Shown one piece after another: positions 1-8,608 of a stretch of 27,400 nucleotides of DNA. The notes under the pieces were generated by a model that saw only the letters and a program-made list of their open reading frames with translations, did not search any database and was not told the origin of the DNA. This DNA comes from a virus. Its lineage: Duplodnaviria > Caudoviricetes. How positions within the stretch are numbered: position 1 is the stretch's first letter; each line of letters starts with the position of its first letter. The stretch spans positions 1 through 27,400 of IMG/VR virus record IMGVR_UViG_3300017766_001535. One strand, written 5' to 3'. The translations under genes and the position numbers were made by a program.

Positions 1-663
1 TCACTTCCCGAGAATTCTTTTGGCGGTGTATTGCGAGTTGTTAAGCTTACTTCAGGTGAAGAAATAATTGGTATGGTAAATGAAGCATACCCCGATAGAA
101 TTTCAATTAAGTTGCCTGCTCGTGTTGAAACCTATGTAGTTCGTGATGAAAAAAGCGAACTAATAGAATACGTAAAACTTACAAATTATCTTTCAAACAT
201 ACGTGGTTATGAAATTTCATTATCACGGAATGTAATAGTATACATGGGTTCTCCAACATTAGAATTAGAAAAAATGTATGAAGTATTTTTCATGACCATG
301 CAAACAGATTCCAAAACAACAATTGCTCCAATGCCAGATGACATGAAATTTGGCCATGAAGCAGGGCTTCAAATGTTAAACGATCTTTTTACAAATGAAG
401 ATTTTGTAAATTTTGTAAATGATCTAATTGATAATTTTGAAGGGGCTGAAATTCTTCTAGATGAAGAATTGGACGCTGGAAATGAAGAATCTGAACCAGA
501 ATGCCCTCCATTTGAAGAGCTTAAAGAAGAGGCTCCCAAGCCATCTAAGCCAAAGAAACGCCGTACAATGAATCCTGAGCCTAAAAAACTACCTTATAAT
601 CCTGAAGGTGACCCAAATAAGGCAGAAAGTTGGCCAGACGACCCTTCTCAGTATTTTAATTAA
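1..663 (+). CDS. Sm-like-fold protein common in T4-like phages, with acidic/Pro-rich C-terminal tail; possibly 5'-truncated
   Basis: N-terminal VVKLTSGEEIIG motif is typical of Sm-like phage proteins. The frame is open back to position 1 and the track start is a TTG at 31, so the true start may lie upstream of the window. Confidence 0.5.
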   Translation, partial: SLPENSFGGVLRVVKLTSGEEIIGMVNEAYPDRISIKLPARVETYVVRDEKSELIEYVKLTNYLSNIRGYEISLSRNVIVYMGSPTLELEKMYEVFFMTMQTDSKTTIAPMPDDMKFGHEAGLQMLNDLFTNEDFVNFVNDLIDNFEGAEILLDEELDAGNEESEPECPPFEELKEEAPKPSKPKKRRTMNPEPKKLPYNPEGDPNKAESWPDDPSQYFN

Positions 664-1190
664 ACTTGTCCGTACAGATTAGATTCTGCATCTGGTGACA
701 TAGTATAATATGAATATGCAAATGCTGCCGTGGTTTTGACCAAATTTACATCTGAATTATCTGTTTGAAAATTAATACCACCGAGGGATACTGGTATCAC
801 ATTATGGAATGTGAATGTCAGTACTACAGCATTGCAATCCAATGGATCCAAAATATCTAATGTTGCTTTAATATGCCAATTTTGATAAATTAAATTATGG
901 GTATCATCTTCTGAAATATTTGTAATATTTCTCATCCACGAATATATACTCTTCCAGTTTGTAAGATCATTATCAACTATAAATTCAACACGCAAAGGTT
1001 CAAATGTGGCCGACAACGTTGGGACTGGAATGGTTGTACCTAAAGTAGTAGGTTGTTTGGTTTCACCAATACTCAATCCAGGAAGATTAGCTCGCTGACA
1101 CATAAGTTCAAATTGACTAGTTCCTCTGGAAAAAGTTAATTTAAAGTAATTGCTATAAAGTGGATTTATATTATTTTTACATACTGTCAT
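660..1190 (-). CDS. gp3: Tail completion / tail tube terminator protein (T4 gp3-like)
   Basis: NINPL..N.FKL, CQRANLPGLSIG and FEPLRVEFIVDNDLTNWKSIYSWM motifs; lies immediately downstream of gp23 as in T4-like cyanophages. Confidence 0.85.
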   Translation of the reverse strand: MTVCKNNINPLYSNYFKLTFSRGTSQFELMCQRANLPGLSIGETKQPTTLGTTIPVPTLSATFEPLRVEFIVDNDLTNWKSIYSWMRNITNISEDDTHNLIYQNWHIKATLDILDPLDCNAVVLTFTFHNVIPVSLGGINFQTDNSDVNLVKTTAAFAYSYYTMSPDAESNLYGQV

Positions 1191-1195
1191 AAAAT

Positions 1196-1203
1196 TATTT
1201 ATT
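1196..1203 (-). promoter_or_regulatory. T4-type late promoter variant (AATAAATA) for gp3
   Basis: TAAATA core lies 5 nt upstream of the gp3 ATG (1190), directly after the gp23 terminator; a second overlapping copy TTTAAATA is at 1200-1207. Confidence 0.6.
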
Positions 1204-1204
1204 T

Positions 1205-1239
1205 AAAATGAAAGACCTCCCCATTTCTGGGGAGGTCTT
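1205..1239 (-). terminator. Rho-independent terminator after gp23
   Basis: 12-bp perfect stem AAGACCTCCCCA/TGGGGAGGTCTT with a GAAA loop on the minus strand, followed by TCATTTT. Confidence 0.85.
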
Positions 1240-1264
1240 CGTGTGACTTACTCACGGTCAGTTA

Positions 1265-2674
1265 TCAGAACTGAGTGTTACCGTGGAGGTTTATAACCTG
1301 AGTGAAACGGTAGTACTGGTTGAGACCAGCAGTTAAGGTATCACCATCTGGTGTAGTGCCATTTAGAACGTATGGGTTGGCAACTACGCCGTAACGGGTC
1401 TTGAACGCGATACGGGGTTGGAAAGTGTTGGGATCAACTGCACGTACCATTTGTAGCGGAACGTATGGGCAGTAGAAGAGACCTGCATCGTAAGCAGACT
1501 CACCCTTATAGCCAGCAACAAAGAAGTTGTAGCCAGCGGGGCTGTATGGATCGATGTAGACCTTGACTTTGCCGCTCAATACACCAGCAAAGGTGCTTTG
1601 AGTGTCATCAACGTTTAGTTGAGGAGCAATTCCAGGGCTGAGGCTCATGAAGCCAGACATGGCGAGGGCGGCTGCGGTATCGCTATCGCAGATGATGAAA
1701 TTGCCCTTACCACGGCGAGTTTCCTTGGCGATTGCATTGCACTCGCGCTCGATTTGGAAACTGAGGCCACGGAAGCGTTCAGCAGACCAACGACCGTCAG
1801 AATCAGTATCTAGATCGTAGATACCACCGCTAGAAGCACCTGTGAGATCGGATTGTCTAGATCCGGTGCGTGCAACGTAATAGATGGTACGAACGATTTC
1901 GCGGTTGATTTCAGCAAGAATTTCAGTGCTGAGAAGATTGGCGAGTTCGGCTTCAGCGTCTAGACCGTGAACAGCCTTGAGGTCTTGAGCCAATTCGACA
2001 GTGTAGTTGCTGCTTAGAGCGCGGGTCTTAGCTTGTACTGCAACACGGTCAATGGTGAAAGCCATTTGATTCCATGTTTGATACTTGGAAACAGCGTTGC
2101 TAGAACCGCCGAGACCTTCACCATAGTTGGTGAGGATACCACGGATGCTATCAATACCATTTTGACGAACGCTGGTGGGATCAGTACCACCGCAGAAACC
2201 GCAGAGACCCTTAGTTGCACGATAAACGGCATCAAGAGTCCAGCCTGAACCACCCCATGCTGGGTTTGGCTCTTGGAACATAGCTTCGGCATAGGTGTTG
2301 CTTGCATAAAGCTTATCACCACCGTAGTTAGCGCGCATAGCAAAGATCAAGCCTGTTGGAGCAGTCATTGGCTGAACGCCGCAGATGTCATAGGCCATGA
2401 GATTTGGCATTGCACGACGAACCAAGCTGATGAGTACTGGGTCATAACCAGAAACTGTACCAGTGTTGGTAAAGGTGGAAGGCATGCCCAAGTTGTTGGA
2501 GGTCATATCTTCGTTTAGACGTTGTGAACGAATTGCTTGCTCTTCGTTTTCGAGAAGAACGGCAGTTACCTTTTTACGGTAATCGTCCTTGATTGAGGGA
2601 AGGGCATCGTGGTTTAGAACCGGATTCCACTTCTCGGTTAAGATGTCGTAAGGGGTATTTTCCTGAAAATTCAT
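1265..2674 (-). CDS. gp23: Major capsid protein
   Basis: EKWNPVL, TAVLLEN, DPVLISLVRRAMPNLMAYDICGVQPMTAPTGLIFAMR, ELAQDLKAVHGLDAEAELANLLSTEILAEINREIVR, YCPYVPLQMVRA and FQPRIAFKTRYG motifs; SD AGGAG. Confidence 0.99.
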   Translation of the reverse strand: MNFQENTPYDILTEKWNPVLNHDALPSIKDDYRKKVTAVLLENEEQAIRSQRLNEDMTSNNLGMPSTFTNTGTVSGYDPVLISLVRRAMPNLMAYDICGVQPMTAPTGLIFAMRANYGGDKLYASNTYAEAMFQEPNPAWGGSGWTLDAVYRATKGLCGFCGGTDPTSVRQNGIDSIRGILTNYGEGLGGSSNAVSKYQTWNQMAFTIDRVAVQAKTRALSSNYTVELAQDLKAVHGLDAEAELANLLSTEILAEINREIVRTIYYVARTGSRQSDLTGASSGGIYDLDTDSDGRWSAERFRGLSFQIERECNAIAKETRRGKGNFIICDSDTAAALAMSGFMSLSPGIAPQLNVDDTQSTFAGVLSGKVKVYIDPYSPAGYNFFVAGYKGESAYDAGLFYCPYVPLQMVRAVDPNTFQPRIAFKTRYGVVANPYVLNGTTPDGDTLTAGLNQYYRFTQVINLHGNTQF

Positions 2675-2701
2675 TTTAGTAGTATCTCCTGTAATTAAAA
2701 T

Positions 2702-2709
2702 TATTTAGA
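2702..2709 (-). promoter_or_regulatory. Late promoter (TCTAAATA) for gp23
   Basis: Near-consensus of the T4 late TATAAATA box in the gp22-gp23 gap, followed by a leader with AGGAG. Confidence 0.7.
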
Positions 2710-2713
2710 AATT

Positions 2714-3790
2714 TTAAACTTTCTTGTTAAGGCGTCCCAAGGCGCTTACATAATTTTCTACCAAAGTTCCTGGGACTTCGTTAACTTTGGAGAAAGTTTG
2801 TTCTTCGGTAATTACCTTTTTGGGTGCAGCTGGACGAGCACTTGTGAGGTAATTATTTTTGATTGATGTGAGTTTATTACGGTATTCGTCAACGCTGTTG
2901 AAGGAAACGTTTTCCATCAAAGATTGAAGTTTTGCGATTTGAGTATCTGCAAGATCTCTGGTCTCGGCAACAAAGACTCCAGCGCATTCGGTCAATGAAA
3001 CTTCTTTCTTGAGATTGATGTTTTCATTAATGCTTTGGTTGAGAGCAACTTGCAATTCCTTGTTTTGAGCATAGAGCTCATCAAGGACATTGTACTTCTC
3101 TGCTGGAACATCGATGTAGTGATTTTCAAAGAGGTTCTTTAGACCACCGATGAAATTCTCTGCAATTTGAGTCTTGATGCCTTGTTCAACGGCCACTGCG
3201 TTGTCAGTCATCCATTCTTCGACTACGTACTCAAGATAATCATCAACCTTCTCAACGAGATTGTTGGTGACGTTTGAGAGATAATTCTTGACATTTGCAT
3301 CAACTTCTTCAAGGACGATAGAAACATTTCTTTCAACTCTGTCTTGGACAGCAGCTTCAAATACTGCTTCTAATTGTTCTACAAGTTCAGAAGAAACATT
3401 AGATTCACCAAGAAGATTCATAATAGAATTTTTAAATTGAGCTTTAACAGCCTCTTCTACTTCTTCTACTTCAGTTTCTTCTTCTTCTACTTCTTCTTGG
3501 TCTTCAACTGGCTCTTCCTCATCAACTGGAGCACTTCCTACATTAGCAGCCATTTGTGACATGGAAGCAGCCATGTTGATTGGGGTTTGAGATCTTGCTC
3601 TGTTCATGGCTTGATAATCAATAGGAGCAGGAATCATGTCGCCTTTACCATCTGGAGTATATGATACTCCATTGATAGGAGCATTTGGAGCCATTTGCAT
3701 TCCACCGCCCATTTGTTGGGCTTGTGGTCCGCCAGCCATTGGCATTTGTTGGATTGTTTCGTATAGTGATTTTTTGTTGTTTTTCTTCAT
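2714..3790 (-). CDS. gp22: Prohead core scaffolding protein
   Basis: FEAAV, VDDYLEYVVEEWMTDNAVAVEQGIKTQIAENFIGGLKNLFENHYIDVP motifs; acidic coiled coil; directly upstream of gp23. Confidence 0.95.
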   Translation of the reverse strand: MKKNNKKSLYETIQQMPMAGGPQAQQMGGGMQMAPNAPINGVSYTPDGKGDMIPAPIDYQAMNRARSQTPINMAASMSQMAANVGSAPVDEEEPVEDQEEVEEEETEVEEVEEAVKAQFKNSIMNLLGESNVSSELVEQLEAVFEAAVQDRVERNVSIVLEEVDANVKNYLSNVTNNLVEKVDDYLEYVVEEWMTDNAVAVEQGIKTQIAENFIGGLKNLFENHYIDVPAEKYNVLDELYAQNKELQVALNQSINENINLKKEVSLTECAGVFVAETRDLADTQIAKLQSLMENVSFNSVDEYRNKLTSIKNNYLTSARPAAPKKVITEEQTFSKVNEVPGTLVENYVSALGRLNKKV

Positions 3791-3815
3791 ATCAATATTA
3801 TCCTTGAACTTTAAG

Positions 3816-3823
3816 TATTTATA
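3816..3823 (-). promoter_or_regulatory. Late promoter TATAAATA for gp22
   Basis: Exact T4 late consensus in an intergenic gap, with an AAGGA SD downstream. Confidence 0.85.
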
Positions 3824-3829
3824 AAATTT

Positions 3830-4414
3830 TTATAATGTAGGGTAGCCCTGACCAGCAGTAATCTGTTTTGCTTGTCTTGCTCCTAGTTTTCCTAATTGAT
3901 CTCTTACGTAATCGACGCCCATAAGTTTTGTGGCGTAGTCAAGAGGATCGACTCCTAAAGCTGCAAGATATGGGAGTTTTCCTGAAACTGCTTGCCCCAA
4001 TGGGCCCATAAATTGCAACGCAGTACCCGCCAGAGCACCACCAGCAACACTTTGAGCTATGTCTTTTGTAATGCTATCGCCTTTCATAGAAACAGAACCA
4101 TATGGATCAGTTTTATAACCAAGACGACGTTTAGCTACTCCAAGGCTAGCCAATAGCCCTAAACTTGGTTTTGAAGTATCTTCATTTTCAAGATCAATTT
4201 TATTTTCTGGATCTACATTTAAAATATTTTGTAATTGATCCTTATAAAATTTATCTTCATCTTGTTTGTTTTTTACTTTTTTAGTTTTACCAGTTTTTGG
4301 GTCTACAACATCAACAGTTTGTTCATATGGTGTTAATGACACACCACCACCCATTTCATCGGCTTCATTCAATACTTGAATCAAAAAAATTGTTGTATTT
4401 TCATCCAAAATCAT
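3830..4414 (-). CDS. Hypothetical protein inserted between gp21 and gp22; possible internal head protein
   Basis: 194-aa ORF packed 1 nt after the gp21 stop; early L-x-E motif (VLNE); Gly/Ala-rich hydrophobic C-terminal segment. Confidence 0.6.
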   Translation of the reverse strand: MILDENTTIFLIQVLNEADEMGGGVSLTPYEQTVDVVDPKTGKTKKVKNKQDEDKFYKDQLQNILNVDPENKIDLENEDTSKPSLGLLASLGVAKRRLGYKTDPYGSVSMKGDSITKDIAQSVAGGALAGTALQFMGPLGQAVSGKLPYLAALGVDPLDYATKLMGVDYVRDQLGKLGARQAKQITAGQGYPTL

Positions 4415-4415
4415 T

Positions 4416-5060
4416 TTAAATATTTCTAAAGAAATCCTTGAATACCTTGACTACATTCTTGTCAATGTTTCTTGAAGAAGAATTCTTGATGATTCTTCTA
4501 GCATTTTGGATTTGGTGTTCTGACCACATTCCATTTTCCATGATCCATTCTCTTCCTTCCATGATTCCGTTTACGAAAGCATTTGGAGCAGAAGGATCGG
4601 CAACAATGTCAATTGCAGCTAACATGAAGTCTTCTTGAACTTCTTGGTAGCCATTCTTGGACTTTAAAGAACCCATACCACGAGTGGATACGCCAAGTTG
4701 GGCACCCTCATCAATAAGGTTCTTTACAATTTTGCCCATTGGAGTATCAAGAACTTTGGCCTTACCATAGACATTCTTTCCGTCTTCGTAAAGTTCTTTT
4801 ACAATGTGTGAAACTCTATCAAGATTAACAGTTGGACCAGTTGGATGGTTCAGTTCACCGAGAGCGCGACCTTTATTGACGTATTCATTGATGTAGCGAC
4901 CGGTTTCCTTGGCAAGAGTGTTCTTTGGATAGATTCTGCCATTGCGGTTCTTTACATCAGATTGCATGAAAACACCTTCAATGAAGTAATTTTTATCTCC
5001 ATTGCCTACATTCTCTTTGATGTACTTGATGTCTTCTGTTAGTTCTGTGATAAGTTTCAT
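4416..5060 (-). CDS. gp21: Prohead core protein protease
   Basis: MKLITE start; IEGVFMQ..VKNRNGRIYP, ALGELNHP (catalytic His), GVSTRGMGSL (catalytic Ser) and DIVADPSAPNAFVNGIMEG motifs. Confidence 0.98.
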   Translation of the reverse strand: MKLITELTEDIKYIKENVGNGDKNYFIEGVFMQSDVKNRNGRIYPKNTLAKETGRYINEYVNKGRALGELNHPTGPTVNLDRVSHIVKELYEDGKNVYGKAKVLDTPMGKIVKNLIDEGAQLGVSTRGMGSLKSKNGYQEVQEDFMLAAIDIVADPSAPNAFVNGIMEGREWIMENGMWSEHQIQNARRIIKNSSSRNIDKNVVKVFKDFFRNI

Positions 5061-5101
5061 TTATAATCCTTTTAAATACGCTATATCTTGATGTGAGGCA
5101 A

Positions 5102-5554
5102 TCAATTGTATATTTGTCTACCTTCCCAAAATGGCTTCCATACACCTGGCTGGCCATTTGAGCCGGGCACATATACATCCCAACCACCTCCATTATATCT
5201 AAATTGACGACCCTGATACCAATATGTATCACCCACTGAAGGAGTCATAATCTTCCAAGGTGGCACCCCACGTGGAGTAGTAGTTCTAAATACATCAGCA
5301 AGAGGTTTGTTGTTGGAATTGCCCATTCCAGGTAAAGTTACTGGATTATCTTGGTTAAATTGTGGAGTATCTAACCCACCCGGTGTACGGGGTGGGTCCA
5401 TGTTTTCAAAAATATTTTGAGAAAGTTGTACATACTTCTCTTGAAGTTTTTGACCGATTTTGCTATAGAGTGTGCGGTTTAAAGTTGTTTTGAATGCAAC
5501 TGCATTTTCTTCAATTACATTTTTAACTAATTCTTTGACGTTTTTATTGCTCAT
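5102..5554 (-). CDS. Prohead core protein (gp67/gp68-like N-terminus) with Pro/Gly/Trp-rich C-terminal extension
   Basis: Lies between gp20 and gp21; helical N-terminal ~50 aa ending in IFE, similar to small core proteins. Confidence 0.5.
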   Translation of the reverse strand: MSNKNVKELVKNVIEENAVAFKTTLNRTLYSKIGQKLQEKYVQLSQNIFENMDPPRTPGGLDTPQFNQDNPVTLPGMGNSNNKPLADVFRTTTPRGVPPWKIMTPSVGDTYWYQGRQFRYNGGGWDVYVPGSNGQPGVWKPFWEGRQIYN

Positions 5555-5961
5555 CTGAACATTCCTTTGGCATTATTGTAAAATTCTATGTGCTGGTTGT
5601 AGTTGTTTGAAGAGTCAAAAACAGTTTCAATCATTTTTTGTCTGTTTTCGGTATTTAAATGTTCAAACAATTCTTTTAAAGCGTATGCTTCATTTTCAGT
5701 AATATTTATAATACTGTTGTCTTTTAAGATAATTTTTTCTTTTTTTTCCAGTATTGTCAAGAAAGTTTGAAGTTCTTTTGAATTTTTTAAACTTTTGCTT
5801 GAGTGGAGAAGATTTTTATTTGTTTCAGTCAAAACATTTGTAATTGCATCATTTAATTTAATAGAAAGACTTTTGATAACATTCTTTTTAAAGTATGTTT
5901 CTTTTTGCTCAAGAAGAGCCTGTATTCCATTTTTCAAAAGTTTGCGTGAAATGTTGTTCAT
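5551..5961 (-). CDS. Prohead core protein (gp67/gp68-like)
   Basis: Overlaps the gp20 stop (ATGA coupling); helical; occupies the T4 gene 67/68 slot. Confidence 0.5.
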   Translation of the reverse strand: MNNISRKLLKNGIQALLEQKETYFKKNVIKSLSIKLNDAITNVLTETNKNLLHSSKSLKNSKELQTFLTILEKKEKIILKDNSIINITENEAYALKELFEHLNTENRQKMIETVFDSSNNYNQHIEFYNNAKGMFR

Positions 5962-7520
5962 TGTTGCTGCTCTTCTGATTGACCTTGTGCTTGTTGTTGT
6001 GCCATCAGTGCCATTTGTTCAGCCTGAAGTTTTTGTTTATCAATCTTCATCTGTTCATCAATACCCCTGATTTCTTCTTCAGTTTGACGTAGAATCTTAC
6101 TACGGACATATTCTGTTGAGAAATACTTTCCAACATATGGTTCAACAAAAGACAACATTTTCATTCTTTCTGCCAAAATTTCTGCTTCTTTTAGATCCCA
6201 GAAATAATTGTCAGTATTGAATACAAATTTAATGTCGTTCTTAAGTTCATACCAATCTTCTTCGGTCATTACTCCCTTGAGAATTAATTGTACTCTTAAG
6301 AAATCCAAAAAGAAATTAGAAAACTGATGTCGAATTCTTTCAATAAATTTGTAAAACTTTACTTCTTCTCGTGTGATTTCAACAGAACGACCCATGTTGA
6401 ATCCGGTCTGATCGGCCATCAAACGGCTAAGAGGAACGTTGAGAGAAGCATATAGTTTCTTCTTGAAGTAATCTACGTCTTCAATCTGAGACATGGCGTT
6501 ACCACCGGGAAGAGTGGTAATTTCTGTTCCGCGTGAACCTTCTCTACGGGGCAACCAATAATCTTCAAGAACTGAAAGATGGTTTCTTTCGTCTCTTACT
6601 TCGCCCGTTGCTTGATTGTAGATGAGTCTGTTTCTAAAACGGCTCATCATATCACGCATGTATTGCTCGGCTTTTTGCTTTGGCAATTGGCCTACATCGA
6701 CATAAAATACTCTACGCTCAGGTGCACGTGCCACACGGTAAACTAGAAGAGAATCTTCTAGTTGGCGAAGCATATTTAATGGTCTAATAGCCTTGTGTAG
6801 GTATCCCAAGACTCTTTTGGTGTTTAGATCCACAATTCCAGACGGACAGTAAACAACGCTATCTACGGACAGATGCAAGCCACTTGGACCGGTTACCATA
6901 AAACTATCTTTATCGCTATTAATATAAAGATAATATTCTTCTATATCTTTAATCACGGAAACAGTTTGATTTTCAACCTTTTCCATTTCCTTTTTGACTT
7001 TTCTGATCTTTTTAATTTTTAAAGGATCCATTGGAATAATTTCTTTTATTCCATCGGTAGGCATATCTCTGTCAATTACAATATTATAATAAACTCTAGA
7101 GTCAATATACCATCTTCTAAAAATTTCATATGCCTTACCATTAAAATCCAATAAATGAATTATTCTATCAAATTCTTTATAAATCTTTGCTTTGATTTGT
7201 TCTGGAATCTGAACATTTGTAAGATCAATCCTTACAGGTTTTCTGTCTGTTCCAAATACAATTGAAGCATTTACAATTTCATCTACGGCATTGTCAATTT
7301 CTGGATAAACTGACATGTTTCTGTATTGAATAATTGCATTGTTTTCATCACGTAAATTTGCACCATAGTCAAGTGCTGTACCATAAAATCCTCCAGCTTC
7401 TACAGTTACAGTCCCGTCAAACATCTCCGGGGCTGCAAAGGCTTGAAGAGCTTTTGATTCTTTTTCTTCTTTAGGTGTGTTCTTTTTATTGAACTGAAAT
7501 CCAAAAATATCAATTTCCAT
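5958..7520 (-). CDS. gp20: Portal protein
   Basis: YR.MS.YPEIDNAVDEIVN, FRRWYIDSR, YLHKAIRPLNMLRQLEDSLLVYRVARAPERRVFYVDVGQLPK and EDYWLPRREGSRGTEITTLPGG motifs. Confidence 0.99.
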   Translation of the reverse strand: MEIDIFGFQFNKKNTPKEEKESKALQAFAAPEMFDGTVTVEAGGFYGTALDYGANLRDENNAIIQYRNMSVYPEIDNAVDEIVNASIVFGTDRKPVRIDLTNVQIPEQIKAKIYKEFDRIIHLLDFNGKAYEIFRRWYIDSRVYYNIVIDRDMPTDGIKEIIPMDPLKIKKIRKVKKEMEKVENQTVSVIKDIEEYYLYINSDKDSFMVTGPSGLHLSVDSVVYCPSGIVDLNTKRVLGYLHKAIRPLNMLRQLEDSLLVYRVARAPERRVFYVDVGQLPKQKAEQYMRDMMSRFRNRLIYNQATGEVRDERNHLSVLEDYWLPRREGSRGTEITTLPGGNAMSQIEDVDYFKKKLYASLNVPLSRLMADQTGFNMGRSVEITREEVKFYKFIERIRHQFSNFFLDFLRVQLILKGVMTEEDWYELKNDIKFVFNTDNYFWDLKEAEILAERMKMLSFVEPYVGKYFSTEYVRSKILRQTEEEIRGIDEQMKIDKQKLQAEQMALMAQQQAQGQSEEQQQ

Positions 7521-7530
7521 GTATTCCTCT

Positions 7531-8061
7531 TTATGTCACGTTCTGTATGTTTATGTAGTCGTAAATCATAACTACGTCAAATACATTTAATGTATTTGGT
7601 CTATTCATATTAAAATTAATAGGATTAATGACTTTTGGCCAGCATCCAAACATTGTCATTTTTTTCAAAGATTGATCTTCATCTCCATTTAAATTCAAAT
7701 GGTTAATGTTCCAAGTTGCTTTAAAATTTTCTGGTCTATGATTTAATACATTTGTGTTTACTGTATTTGCATCATGATCATTTAGAGCATTTTGCCACGT
7801 TTGAAATGCTGCCCACATATTACCACTACCAGTATCATCTAATATTGATATGGCCCAGTTTGCATATACTTTTTCACCGGGATAGAATGCTTTTCTTCCT
7901 CGGTAATCATAAGAAAGTGTTTGTGTTTGAAGTTGTGGAATCAAAGATGCTCTGACATGAAATCTAGTAATGCTTTTACCAGAAAATGGAATATTTCCAG
8001 TTACATAAAATCTATTGAGTCTTGCCCCACCTTGAAAATTTGTTTTAAATTCGTTTAACAT
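7531..8061 (-). CDS. gp19: Tail tube protein, paralog B
   Basis: FK..FQGGARLNRFYV, YRGRKAFYPGEKVYANWAISILDD and GCWP motifs. Confidence 0.85.
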   Translation of the reverse strand: MLNEFKTNFQGGARLNRFYVTGNIPFSGKSITRFHVRASLIPQLQTQTLSYDYRGRKAFYPGEKVYANWAISILDDTGSGNMWAAFQTWQNALNDHDANTVNTNVLNHRPENFKATWNINHLNLNGDEDQSLKKMTMFGCWPKVINPINFNMNRPNTLNVFDVVMIYDYINIQNVT

Positions 8062-8603
8062 TATTGATTGAGTCCTGTTATAAATTTAAGATAATCAAAA
8101 GTCATTGTTACACGAAATATAGATGGTTCGGTTGAACCCATATCTAAAGTAAGCGATCCTATTTCACTTGGCCAGCATTTTTGTAGCTGAAGAGTTCTAA
8201 TGGTAGTACCGTTTAAATCCAATTGATCAATGGTCCAAGTTTTTTGAAGACTTGCATAAGAATAATCATTATTATTTACTTTATGGGTTTCATGTCCATC
8301 TAACAATTCTTTCCATTTATTAAATGATCTCCATATTGTTCTATCACCGCTATCATCAAATATATCAATTGACCAAACTGAATATTGTCTGTCTCCCGGA
8401 AGATAATATGATCTACCTCTATAAGGGACAGAAATTGTTCCAAGAGTAGAACTTGGAAGAGATGATGCAAATATTTTTATTTTCATCTCAGTATTTGTGG
8501 GACTTAATACACCAGTTGGCCAAAAACCATAAACTTGAAACCTATTGGCTCTGGTTCCGCCATTAAATCCACCTTTAAAATCATTTATAGTATTATTTGC
8601 CAT
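8061..8603 (-). CDS. gp19: Tail tube protein, paralog A
   Basis: INDFKGGFNGGTRANRFQV, ASSLPSSTLGTISVPYRGR..YLPGDRQYSVWSIDIFDD, QLDLNG, CWPSEIG and F.VTMTFDY motifs. Confidence 0.9.
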   Translation of the reverse strand: MANNTINDFKGGFNGGTRANRFQVYGFWPTGVLSPTNTEMKIKIFASSLPSSTLGTISVPYRGRSYYLPGDRQYSVWSIDIFDDSGDRTIWRSFNKWKELLDGHETHKVNNNDYSYASLQKTWTIDQLDLNGTTIRTLQLQKCWPSEIGSLTLDMGSTEPSIFRVTMTFDYLKFITGLNQ

Positions 8604-8608
8604 TTATA

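Noticed and set aside
1619-2518. Short ORFs within gp23 (1619-1813, 2014-2343, 2033-2248, 2273-2518)
   Set aside because: Shadow or alternate-frame ORFs of a GC-richer conserved gene, with no recognisable motifs
3450-3525. Repetitive TTC/TTCTAC tract
   Set aside because: It encodes the Glu-rich stretch of gp22; low complexity at codon level, not a DNA repeat element
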